The position numbers and the translations under genes are program-made. Below are positions 1 to 9,200 of a stretch of DNA of 21,204 nucleotides, one piece after another (the stretch's first letter is position 1; each line of letters begins with the position of its first letter). The stretch comes from Fidelibacterota bacterium. GTDB taxonomy: Bacteria > Fidelibacterota > Marinisomatia > Marinisomatales > S15-B10. The notes beneath the pieces are model-generated. The model was not told the DNA's origin. It searched no databases and saw only the letters and a program-made list of their open reading frames with translations. The stretch lies in assembly GCA_002729175.1 (NCBI GenBank), contig PBTS01000014.1, positions 1-21,204 on the forward strand, in the 5' to 3' direction.

Positions 1-186
1 CCCGATTATCTACAGTTCTGGATATTAATTGTGCTAAATGCAATGATATATCTGCCTGTTACTTTCATGAGTAAACCCGAGGATATGGACCATCTCGTGG
101 CCTACTACGTAATGTCCCGACCTATTGGTTTTTGGGGTCCTGTTAGAAAAGAAGCTGAAAAACAAGGATTGATCTCTACTACCTGA
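1..186 (+). CDS. C-terminal fragment of a sodium:solute symporter (SSS)-family protein, 5' end outside window
   Basis: Frame 1 is open to TGA at 184-186: PDYLQFWILIVLNAMIYLPVTFMSKPEDMDHLVAYYVMSRPIGFWGPVRKEAEKQGLISTT*. A TM helix followed by VT.xxKPE...Y...RP.GFWGPV resembles SSS C-termini. Not in the ORF track. Confidence 0.6.
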   Translation, partial: PDYLQFWILIVLNAMIYLPVTFMSKPEDMDHLVAYYVMSRPIGFWGPVRKEAEKQGLISTT

Positions 187-196
187 TATCTGAGGA

Positions 197-625
197 GTGA
201 AACCAAACCTAGTCCTCTACCCAGTTATAGCCATGGTGGCTCTCACATTTCTCGTCACCGCCCACCTCTATTTTGTACAGAAAAGAGCTATAAAAAAATG
301 GGATGTCAAGTATGGTTTCTTCAAAATCTATGAGGGCGACAGGCCAGACTATCTACAAGCAGCACGAGATCACTATAAAAACATGTTCCAGTTGCCCATT
401 CTATTCTATTCCTGGGCCGGTATTATTTTCATGATGGGAAATGTTGACACGTTAGACCTGTCCCTCGCTTGGCTATTTGTAGCTTCAAGGTATCTACATA
501 GCGGTATCCGGATTATCGACCATACAAAACTCTTGCGCAGATCTTCAGTTTTCATTGTAGGCTGGTTCGTTCTGCTTATTGCCTGGGGAAAACTACTTTT
601 CGATCTCTTATTCTATTATTCTTAA
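197..625 (+). CDS. MAPEG family membrane protein
   Basis: 142 aa with about 4 hydrophobic helices. Contains HYKNMFQLPILFY (MAPEG N..N.FE.P.LF-like) and AWLFVASRYLHSGI. GTG start is uncertain. Confidence 0.75.
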   Translation: MKPNLVLYPVIAMVALTFLVTAHLYFVQKRAIKKWDVKYGFFKIYEGDRPDYLQAARDHYKNMFQLPILFYSWAGIIFMMGNVDTLDLSLAWLFVASRYLHSGIRIIDHTKLLRRSSVFIVGWFVLLIAWGKLLFDLLFYYS

Positions 626-673
626 ACAGATCCCTCCTTTTCTTTCTTTCAGTCTATTTAGTCCTAAAAACAA

Positions 674-2080
674 ATGATCGCTGAACAACAAAAAGCAGAC
701 ATCCCGAAACGGACGCAGCCGTTCTGGAAACTTGCCGGCCCCGGCGCCGTCCTAGTGGGGCTTTCCATAGGCGCCGGAGAAATTATTATCTGGCCAAGGA
801 TTGTGGCGGAATTTGGAGCCAGTATGGTTTGGGCAGCAGTGCTAGGTGTCTTCCTTCAATTATGGGTGAATATGGAAATTGGTCGGTGGACAATCGCTAC
901 GGGTGAGACTGCGTTTATGGGATTCTCCCGAATCTGGATTGGGTTTGGCCCACTTTTCATACTTCTTACAGCTCTTGGAAGCATTGCCCCAGGCTGGGCA
1001 CGGGCCTCAGGTCTTGCACTGAAAGCACTGATTGTCGGTCCCGCCGGCTTCGGCTCAGACACTTTATGGACAGTTATCACATTTGGACTTATTGCAATTA
1101 TTCTGTTTGGTCCCAATATCATTTATCAATCGGTAGAGCGAAGTGTTGAGGCTTTGATCGTTATTGTGACTCTCGGACTTATTGCTGTCGTTATCGCAAT
1201 TGGGTCAGCTGATATCTGGAAAGAACTGGGTAAAGGAATGCTCAACATCGGCTACCGCAATCCAAATATTTCGATAAAAGTTCTTTTCAGTGCCATGGTT
1301 TTTGCTGGCGCCGGCGGAATCTACAATCTCTTCTATGGGTTCTATTTAAGGGATAAAAATATCGGGATGGGAGCCAGGATATCTAAGATGACTAATCCTA
1401 TAAGAGGCAAGGCTGAAGCAATTCCCTCCGTTGGATTTCGTTTTGAAGATACGCCTGAAAATAGGCAAAGATTTTCCGACTGGTGGAATTATGTCAAGAA
1501 AGATCAGACGCTGTTCTTTTGGGCGCTTAATACTTTTACATTAATTCTCTTCATGTTTGGCGCTCTGGCAGTGTTACATCCACAGGGAATTATCCCTGCT
1601 CCCGGCACCCTCATTTGGGATGAAGCTGTGGTCTTGGGTGAAGTGTGGGGAAATGCCGGCCAAGTAATTTTCCTTTTTGTCGGATTTGCGACTCTGTTTG
1701 GAACTCAACTTGTGATACTTGACGGGGTCAGTCGCACCTTCGCTGATATTATTTATACCAATGTGGCAAAGGCTCGCTCCCGACCGGTGGGATGGTGGTA
1801 CATGATCTTCTGCGGAGGTTGGATGATCCTTGGTTGTCTACTCACTTATATTATGGAACGTATCGGTGTCTCTGAGCTAGGTTTTATTTTCAACGCCGCT
1901 TACCTCGGGGGTTTTGCTATGGCAATCTATGTCCCATTACTTCTCTATCTGAATAAGCGATACCTTCCTAAGTCAGTGAGGCCGGGAATTTCCGCAACTA
2001 CCATGATGATCATTGCCTCTCTGGTCTATGTTGGTTTTGCTATTAGTTCGATTATCTGGGAAGTAGTGAGCCGAATCTAG
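674..2080 (+). CDS. NRAMP-like (LeuT-fold) secondary transporter, substrate unknown
   Basis: 468 aa with about 11 TM segments. N-terminal GPGAVLVGLSIGAGEIIIWP is typical of NRAMP-related proteins. The canonical DPGN and MPH metal motifs are absent. Confidence 0.75.
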   Translation: MIAEQQKADIPKRTQPFWKLAGPGAVLVGLSIGAGEIIIWPRIVAEFGASMVWAAVLGVFLQLWVNMEIGRWTIATGETAFMGFSRIWIGFGPLFILLTALGSIAPGWARASGLALKALIVGPAGFGSDTLWTVITFGLIAIILFGPNIIYQSVERSVEALIVIVTLGLIAVVIAIGSADIWKELGKGMLNIGYRNPNISIKVLFSAMVFAGAGGIYNLFYGFYLRDKNIGMGARISKMTNPIRGKAEAIPSVGFRFEDTPENRQRFSDWWNYVKKDQTLFFWALNTFTLILFMFGALAVLHPQGIIPAPGTLIWDEAVVLGEVWGNAGQVIFLFVGFATLFGTQLVILDGVSRTFADIIYTNVAKARSRPVGWWYMIFCGGWMILGCLLTYIMERIGVSELGFIFNAAYLGGFAMAIYVPLLLYLNKRYLPKSVRPGISATTMMIIASLVYVGFAISSIIWEVVSRI

Positions 2081-2877
2081 GTTATCACCATTTTACCGGC
2101 TATTTCTTTCACCATTTTTGCCGCCACCGCCGCGGTCATCCCGTTAAGGTCGCGTTGAGGATTCAATTCAACCACATCGGCCCCGATAATAGGTGCATTG
2201 ATGCTGTGAACGATGCCGATTACATCTCTAACTGACAGCCCGCCCGGTTCATGGTGGGAAATACCTGGAACAAAGGCGGGATCAAAGACATCTAGGTCCA
2301 GAGAGATATAGACTTTATCATTATTGCTCAAGTCAAGATCCGTAGGCATCTCAGGTAATTCATATAACTCTATACCAAACTTATTCGCCTGCTGACGCTG
2401 GTGATCGTTGGTTGTACGTATGCCGATTTGAATCAACCGATCTGTCAGACTATCTTCCATAATTCTTGCAAATGGACAGGCGTGAGAAAAACGGTCATTC
2501 TCCAACTCATGGTAAAGATCTGGGTGAGCATCGAAATGAACGATAGTAGTGGGCTTCATTGATTTAGAAACGGCTTTCACTAATGGATAAGTAATGGAAT
2601 GATCACCTCCGAGAAAGATAGGGATAGCACCATCAGACAATTGCTTTTCAGCTTCTCCTTCAATCTGAAGATAGCCGGCGTCGCTATTTTCTATTTTCAA
2701 GTCGATCACTTTTTTGAATCCATTCACACTGTCCAGATCAACACCAGTTTCACTGAAAAGGTTAGAGGCACCTGAGAACAATACTTCTCGAATGGCGGAA
2801 GGACCCTTTGCCGGGCCGTTCAAAAAAGAAGATTTGGCGTCAAAGGAAACACCAATCATGTTAATCCGGTCAGGCAT
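2077..2877 (-). CDS. speB: Ureohydrolase (agmatinase/arginase family), similar to plant-type arginases
   Basis: Binuclear Mn ligand motifs GGDHSITYP, HFDAHPD, SLDLDVFDPAFVPG and DVVELNP. The substrate (agmatine or arginine) cannot be determined from sequence, so the symbol is tentative. Confidence 0.85.
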   Translation of the reverse strand: MPDRINMIGVSFDAKSSFLNGPAKGPSAIREVLFSGASNLFSETGVDLDSVNGFKKVIDLKIENSDAGYLQIEGEAEKQLSDGAIPIFLGGDHSITYPLVKAVSKSMKPTTIVHFDAHPDLYHELENDRFSHACPFARIMEDSLTDRLIQIGIRTTNDHQRQQANKFGIELYELPEMPTDLDLSNNDKVYISLDLDVFDPAFVPGISHHEPGGLSVRDVIGIVHSINAPIIGADVVELNPQRDLNGMTAAVAAKMVKEIAGKMVIT

Positions 2878-3133
2878 CAGTTATTGAGAATAACTGTTTT
2901 CTAAAGAAAAGAGAGGACTTTTCATAGTCGCCGGCTAGCCAGCTGGCAATGCCCGGCCAATCCAGGTTGCGGCTTCCCTGAACTATGGTGAACAAACCTA
3001 TTTTCGATGTCTCTTCCACAGTAAAATCAAGACTTCCGGATAACGGTTGTTCAAGCACGGGAAGAGATAGGTTTATCAAGATGGGTAGGACTAAGATGAA
3101 CAGTGATACAATAGGACCAAAATTATTTTTCAT
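2870..3133 (-). CDS. Small hypothetical protein with N-terminal hydrophobic helix
   Basis: 87 aa ORF, ATG start, stop overlaps the ureohydrolase start by 8 nt. No recognisable family. Confidence 0.35.
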   Translation of the reverse strand: MKNNFGPIVSLFILVLPILINLSLPVLEQPLSGSLDFTVEETSKIGLFTIVQGSRNLDWPGIASWLAGDYEKSSLFFRKQLFSITDA

Positions 3134-3344
3134 CGTCAGCGTAAGAGAATAAATTGCTTAAATACGGCAGATATTAATAGTTAACTTTCAGAAGGTGAAG
3201 TGGTTTTCCGACCAGTTTCATTTTCGGGTTCGATCCTTTGGTTAACTCTCTGACACTTTTTCCCGATGGCAAAGGTGGAATCGTTCGCCAAATGGATTTA
3301 GCCGTACCCTATAAAATGAATAAAACCAAAGATAATTTATTATA

Positions 3345-4550
3345 ATGAATTCAAATGTGAGCGGCTGTACCACCTGTTCAGGTGGATGCGCAAATGATAG
3401 TGATGCTGGTTTCAAAATCACTGATCAGTTTCAACGGTTCAATCAGAAAGACGATATCTATAACCGTTCATTCTGGGACTCATCAATTAACTCCAAAAAG
3501 ACAGAACTTTTTTACGAATCATACCGGAAACCGTTGAAAGCGTGGCGTCACGTAGACGGCTATGCTCAGAAAGATTTTGCTATTCGGAATGCAGGTTGGC
3601 ATGTAGCTGACTATTTTGCCGAGCGGCTGGAGAACGAGGACCGCCGGGAAGGATTTTTGGATTACCTCACAGCTCATCGAGAGGGTGCTGCAGAAAAACG
3701 AAATGTTGAATCCCCTGAGGCCATGGCAGAGGAAGTGAAAAAAAGCGCCAAACTTTTTGGCGCTGATCTTGTAGGTATCACCTATCATGATGAGCGTTGG
3801 GTCTATACACACAAGTATAGTCGCGAACGTGAAAACGAAAAAATAATGGATCTACCGAATAATTTCACTTCTGTCATAGTTGTATGTCATGAGATGGACC
3901 ACGATTTGCTTGAAACCGTCCCATCGGCTCTAAGTGGAACTGCAACAGGCATCGGCTACTCTCAAGATGCTATCACACTTCTAGCTCTCGCTCAGTATAT
4001 ACAAAATCTTGGTTATAATGCCGTGTCCAGCATGAACGATACGGCTCTCAATATTCCTCTAGCTATTAAAGCCGGGTTAGGAGAATATGGCCGTCATGGT
4101 CTCCTAATTACACCAGAACTAGGTCCTCGTCTTCGTATTGGAAAAGTTTTTACTGATCTTCCTCTTGCACATGACCGCCCAAAGCGATTCGGAGTAAAAG
4201 AATTTTGCGAGGTGTGCCGACGTTGTAGTGATGGGTGCCCACCAAGAGCTATTCCAGCTGATGATCCATCAGAACGGATTTACAACCGATCAAATATTAA
4301 TGGAATCAGTAAGTGGACAGTGGATGCGGAAAAGTGTTTCGACTTCTGGGTGAATCAAGTTACTGATTGCTCAATTTGCTTACGTGTATGTCCCTATAAC
4401 CGAGATTATCCAAACTGGTTCAATCGACTTCGATTCCGTTTAATGGGATCATTCATCCGTCGTTTCATGCTGTGGTTGGACAACATTTTGGGTGGAGGAA
4501 AACGTAAATCACCAAAATGGTGGTGGGCAAAAAGATTAGATCAAAAGTGA
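3345..4550 (+). CDS. rdhA: Reductive dehalogenase (cobalamin- and 2x[4Fe-4S]-dependent), no Tat signal
   Basis: Motifs FQRFNQKDDIY, VKKSAKLFGADLVGIT, GYSQ..., PLAIKAGLGEYGRHGLLITPELGPRLRIGKVFTDLPL, CEVCRRCSDGCP (CX2CX2CX3CP), C-X10-CSICLRVCP, and a Trp-rich amphipathic C-terminus. Confidence 0.88.
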   Translation: MNSNVSGCTTCSGGCANDSDAGFKITDQFQRFNQKDDIYNRSFWDSSINSKKTELFYESYRKPLKAWRHVDGYAQKDFAIRNAGWHVADYFAERLENEDRREGFLDYLTAHREGAAEKRNVESPEAMAEEVKKSAKLFGADLVGITYHDERWVYTHKYSRERENEKIMDLPNNFTSVIVVCHEMDHDLLETVPSALSGTATGIGYSQDAITLLALAQYIQNLGYNAVSSMNDTALNIPLAIKAGLGEYGRHGLLITPELGPRLRIGKVFTDLPLAHDRPKRFGVKEFCEVCRRCSDGCPPRAIPADDPSERIYNRSNINGISKWTVDAEKCFDFWVNQVTDCSICLRVCPYNRDYPNWFNRLRFRLMGSFIRRFMLWLDNILGGGKRKSPKWWWAKRLDQK

Positions 4551-5711
4551 GTCTACTGGTTCAGCCATTCCAAAGATAACTTTTTTCAACGCTTCATAAA
4601 CCTTGACAAGACTTTTCGCACTCACCCATTCATCAGTCGCATGAGCCCCGTGACCGATAGGCCCAAACAGAACGGCCGGAATACCGGCTGCGGCGGCAAG
4701 GGCTGAATCAGCCCAATATGACATACCGGCCAACTGAGAATCTGGTGAAGCGTTTCTAAAGCGCTTAACGATTTCAGCACTCTCAGGGGTCTCCAAAGGT
4801 GGGCGGCTAAATAGTTTTTTAGCTTCAACAGTGTGATCTCCAGTATGCGCTCCTGCTGAAGAGATGATCCTGTTAAATTCATTTTCAAGATCAGCTTCGG
4901 ACTCACCCGGTAGAATTCTTCTCTCCCAATTGAGTCTTGATCCGGCCGCAATGACAGGAAGTTGCGTACCTCCTTCCAACGTACCTACATGGAGTGAACT
5001 TTGACCGAGATAAGGGTGGGATTCCCTGGCAGTAAGTTCCTCCTGAACATTGGCAATTTCCTGAATCACTGGCCCAAGGGGAAAAATGGCGTCTACCCCC
5101 TCTTCCGGACGAGAGCCGTGGGCTGCTTTTCCGGAAATAGCTATTTCGTACCACGCGAATCCCTTGTGGCAAATACCGATCTGTTCCTCCGTTGGTTCGA
5201 GGGCGATTACCGCCAAGGGAAGAGCGTCCAATGAAAAGACCCATTCCTTCATAAGGTGTTCCATCCCGATACTGAGATTTTCCTCATCGCAAACAAAGGT
5301 GAGGTGAATATCGCCCGGAGGCGTTTCTTTAACACAAATTTCAGCCAATGCCAGCATGACAGCTGCACTCCCTTTCATATCGTACGCCCCCCTACCGTAA
5401 AGCTTGTCACCCTCCCGACGTAGCTTAAACGGACCATCCATTCCCTCTACGCCCACAACATCCACATGTGAATTCAACAACAGGCTTTGCGCATCTCCAA
5501 CTCCTGGAATTGAACAGACCACATTGGTTCTACCGGGAGCAACCTTCTCTATCTTGGGACCGTAGTCAAATGATAATAGAATGTCGGATATGGCCTCGCA
5601 AACAGACTCCTCGCCTGGACCTCCATCCCATTTGGGATTAACTGAATTACAAGCCACTAAATCGGCCAACAGCTCCTCAAGATGATTTTCTAACATTGAA
5701 CTAACCATCAC
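4536..5711 (-). CDS. M20 family deacylase (ArgE/DapE-like)
   Basis: Motifs LLLNSHVDVV, LYGRGAYDMKG, CDEE, EPT, GKAAHGSRPEEGVDAI and AHATDEWV. The start may be the ATG at 5708, which overlaps the Dabb stop. Confidence 0.9.
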   Translation of the reverse strand: MMVSSMLENHLEELLADLVACNSVNPKWDGGPGEESVCEAISDILLSFDYGPKIEKVAPGRTNVVCSIPGVGDAQSLLLNSHVDVVGVEGMDGPFKLRREGDKLYGRGAYDMKGSAAVMLALAEICVKETPPGDIHLTFVCDEENLSIGMEHLMKEWVFSLDALPLAVIALEPTEEQIGICHKGFAWYEIAISGKAAHGSRPEEGVDAIFPLGPVIQEIANVQEELTARESHPYLGQSSLHVGTLEGGTQLPVIAAGSRLNWERRILPGESEADLENEFNRIISSAGAHTGDHTVEAKKLFSRPPLETPESAEIVKRFRNASPDSQLAGMSYWADSALAAAAGIPAVLFGPIGHGAHATDEWVSAKSLVKVYEALKKVIFGMAEPVDSLLI

Positions 5712-6007
5712 ATCTCATAGTCTATCACACGAACTTCCTTAGTCAATGGTTGGAGTAAAGCCACAACTTTCAAGTGTTCATGATGGTCCTGATATTTTTT
5801 CAGCGCATCAATGGATTTAAACTCAGATACAAGAGCCACATCAGAAGCACGTTTTGACGGATTCACATTGATGCCTACTTCAAATGCTTTGATTTCTTTG
5901 ATGAGGTTGGGAAGTTTATTGACTTCAGCTTCAATCTTAGAAGCAGTACTTTCTTTTGTTTTCCCCTCAATCTTCTTTAACCGCCACATAACAATATGCT
6001 TGATCAT
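5708..6007 (-). CDS. Dabb (stress-responsive A/B barrel) family protein
   Basis: MIKHIVMWRLK...DVALVSEF...LKKYQDHHEHLKV...VIDYE. ATG at 6007 with GGAGAG SD at 6011-6016 preferred over the 6022 start. Confidence 0.85.
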   Translation of the reverse strand: MIKHIVMWRLKKIEGKTKESTASKIEAEVNKLPNLIKEIKAFEVGINVNPSKRASDVALVSEFKSIDALKKYQDHHEHLKVVALLQPLTKEVRVIDYEM

Positions 6008-6252
6008 TGTCTCTCCTGTCATTTATTGGTGTTTGTGAAGTGAAGTTAGGCCATCACCGGGTGAAACTCAATTGACAACCTTTTCACTTTTTATCTGTTG
6101 ATAATATCATGAAACGGCTCATTTGATTATTATCCACAACCATTTTCCTTTATTATTTCGCCATCTGAATAACCATTCCCGAATAACCGATTTATATATT
6201 TCGAATTTCCTTCCTGTTTACTCGTTAGTGATAAAGTAGATTTTGGCCCATC

Positions 6253-9200
6253 ATGGGTCATTCTGAAAAAAAGATGTGGTTTTTTGCCGTGGATCGAGGC
6301 GGCACATTTACGGACATCATCGGTGTAGATCCTGAGGGAAAGACCCACAGTCTTAAGCTCCTTTCGCTATCACAGGAGTATGTCGATCCCGCCATAGAAG
6401 GAATTCGGCGAATGATGAATATTCCTGTTGAAAGTCCTATCCCCGAAGATAAGGTGAGTCGGATACGGATGGGGACTACCGTGGCCACTAACGCTCTACT
6501 TGAACGAAAAGGTGCTCCAATAGCACTGTTCATCACAAAAGGCTTTAGGGACCTTCTTGAGATCGGCAATCAGGCCAGATCTGATCTCTTTGCCCTAGCA
6601 GTAAAAAAGCCGGAACAACTTTACAGTACTGTCAGTGAAGTGAATGAACGTTTGGATCACGAAGGAAGTGTCGTGAGGCCTCTGGATGAATCTGCTTTGA
6701 GAGAAGATTTAGGAGATATCATGAATAGCGGAGTTTCATCTCTTGCTATCGTACTTATGCATTCCTGGAAAAATGGGGTTCATGAATCACGTGTAGCCGA
6801 GATCGCCCTTGAAATGGGTTTTGACCAGATCTCAGTTTCGCACAAAATCATGCCGTTAATCAAAATTGTTGGACGGGGACAGACGACAGCTGTGGATGCT
6901 TACCTCAGCCCTGTCCTTTTTGAATACATACAATCAGTGGAAAAGAAGACGGGCAACATTCCTCTTGAGTTTATGCAGAGTTCAGGCGGTATGACTGATG
7001 CTCACAACTTCAGAGGAAAGGACGCCATCATGTCAGGCCCTGCCGGAGGTGTTATCGGTGCTGCAGCAGTAGCAAAGTTAAATGGGATCGATGAAACCAT
7101 CGGCTTTGATATGGGAGGTACCTCCACCGATGTTTCTCGCTATGGTGGTGAATTTGAAAAAGTGGTGGAAGTGGAGACAGCAGGTATTCACTTTCAGACA
7201 CCTAGCCTGAAAATCAACACTGTGGCTGCGGGAGGCGGCTCCATTCTTTGGTTTGATGGGAAAAAGATGCGTGTTGGACCTGAATCAGCGGGAGCTGACC
7301 CGGGGCCAGTCTGTTACGGCAAGGATGGACAGCTTGCAATAACAGATGCTAATCTGCTCCTCGGCCGGCTAGTGCCGAAATATTTCCCCAATACTTTCGG
7401 TCAAACTCACGATCAACCGCTGAATGAGGCAAAAACACGAGAAACTTTCAAAAAACTTACCCATGAAATTAATACCGACCTTGATAGAGATCTATCACAA
7501 GAAAATGTGGCCCTGGGCTTTATCCGAATTGCCAATGAAACGATGGCTTCGGCAATTAAGGAAATTTCGGTGGCCCGGGGATTTGACGTACGGACTCATG
7601 CCCTTGTTTGCTTTGGCGGTGCCGCCGCACAACACGCTTGTGGTATTGCCCGAATCCTGGGCATAAAAAAGATGGTTATCCACCCCATGGCGGGGCTTCT
7701 GTCAGCCTACGGAATTGCCATGGCCAATCAATTTCGCTACGCCATTCGCTCCATAGTAACGACGTACAACAAAAATGTGCTCCAACAATTCGAGACTCAG
7801 CTTAATGAGATGGCTTCACCTTTGATTAAGGAAATCTCTCAATGCGGCATATCTGAGGCCAATATTGAGACTAAAAAGTTTCTCGATCTCAGGCCACTTG
7901 GCACAGACAACCATCTCACAATTCCACTGGGCACATTTGAAGAAACAGTGGAAATGTTCTCTAAACTCCATAAACAACTGTTCGGCTTTGACCCCACCAC
8001 TGAATTGGAACTTGTCAATCTGAGGGTTGAGGTGGACGGTCTGGGATATCACTTCGAAGAGAGTCACTCTCAATCCTATACCAGAAGTAAACCTGAACTA
8101 AGGGATACCACAAAAGTCACTTTTGAAGATGGTGAATATGAAACACCGATTTACCATGTAGATGATTTCCAGTCAGGTTCATTTGTTGAAGGACCAGCAA
8201 TCATTACAGAGGCGTTTTCCACCACCGTGGTTGAACCAGGATTTTCAGCAGAACTTAACAGATACGGTCATATTGTTCTGAATCAGGATACCATGGTGGA
8301 AGTATCTATAGGACCACAAAGAGATCCCATCATGCTGGAAGTATTCAATCACCTTTTCATGAGTATTGCCGAGCAGATGGGTCATACACTGATCAATACG
8401 GCTCATTCGGTTAACATCAAGGAACGTCTCGACTTTTCTTGTGCCATCTTTGATCCTAAGGGCAATCTGGTTGCTAATGCACCTCATATGCCTGTCCACC
8501 TGGGCGCTATGAGTGAATCAGTGAAAGAAATCATTGCGGCAAACAAAGAATCTATGAGGCCAGGGGATGCATTTCTGATGAACAACCCTCATCGTGGCGG
8601 TTCCCATCTCCCAGATTTGACGGTCATTGCGCCTGTTTTCGCCGAGGGGAAGGATCCCCTTTTCTACACTGCTAGCCGTGGACACCATGCTGATATCGGC
8701 GGCATAACTCCCGGATCCCTACCGCCGTTTGCAACGTCAATTCATGAGGAAGGTGTTGTGATCGATAATTTTCGTCTTATAGAAAATGATAAACTCCGAC
8801 TGGATGAGCTGAAAAATCTGCTGTCAGATAACGACTATCCAGCACGAAACCTTGATGAACGCATTGCCGATATTAAGGCACAGATCGCGGCAGTGAACAA
8901 AGGAATCATCGAAACTGACAGACTTATCAAAAAATACGGACTTGAAACAGTCCACGCCTACATGGGACACATCCGAGAAAATGCTACTGAGTCAATGAGG
9001 GCTGCATTATGGGCGTATTTGGATGAAAAGGAAAAACTGGATCTCGAATTCAAAGATCAGCTCGATAGCGGAGATGCCATTGCCGTACGAATTTCAATTG
9101 AAAAAGGTGGCAATCCGCCGCATACTTGCAGGGCCAAAGTCGATTTTTCAGGAACCAGTCTTCAGATGAAAGGCAATCAGAACGCACCTATGGCGGTCAC

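Noticed and set aside
2870..3133. rdhB membrane anchor
   Set aside because: Only one hydrophobic helix, opposite strand from rdhA, and coupled to the ureohydrolase gene instead.
3134..3344. Cobalamin riboswitch upstream of rdhA
   Set aside because: No recognisable GGGAA..GGTG / GCCACTG / B12-box elements on either strand. An Rfam scan would be decisive.
3345..4550. Epoxyqueuosine reductase QueG as the identity of the B12/Fe-S protein
   Set aside because: Lacks the QueG DYH and GCDxCQxxCPWN motifs. Has the RdhA-type N-terminal RFxQK, GADLVGI, ITPELGPRLR and CX10CX2CX3CP.
6054..6105. TCACCGGGTGA palindrome and TTGACA (6072-6077) in the Dabb/oplA intergenic region
   Set aside because: The palindrome arms are only 5 bp and there is no good -10 at 16-18 bp spacing. 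Insufficient support.
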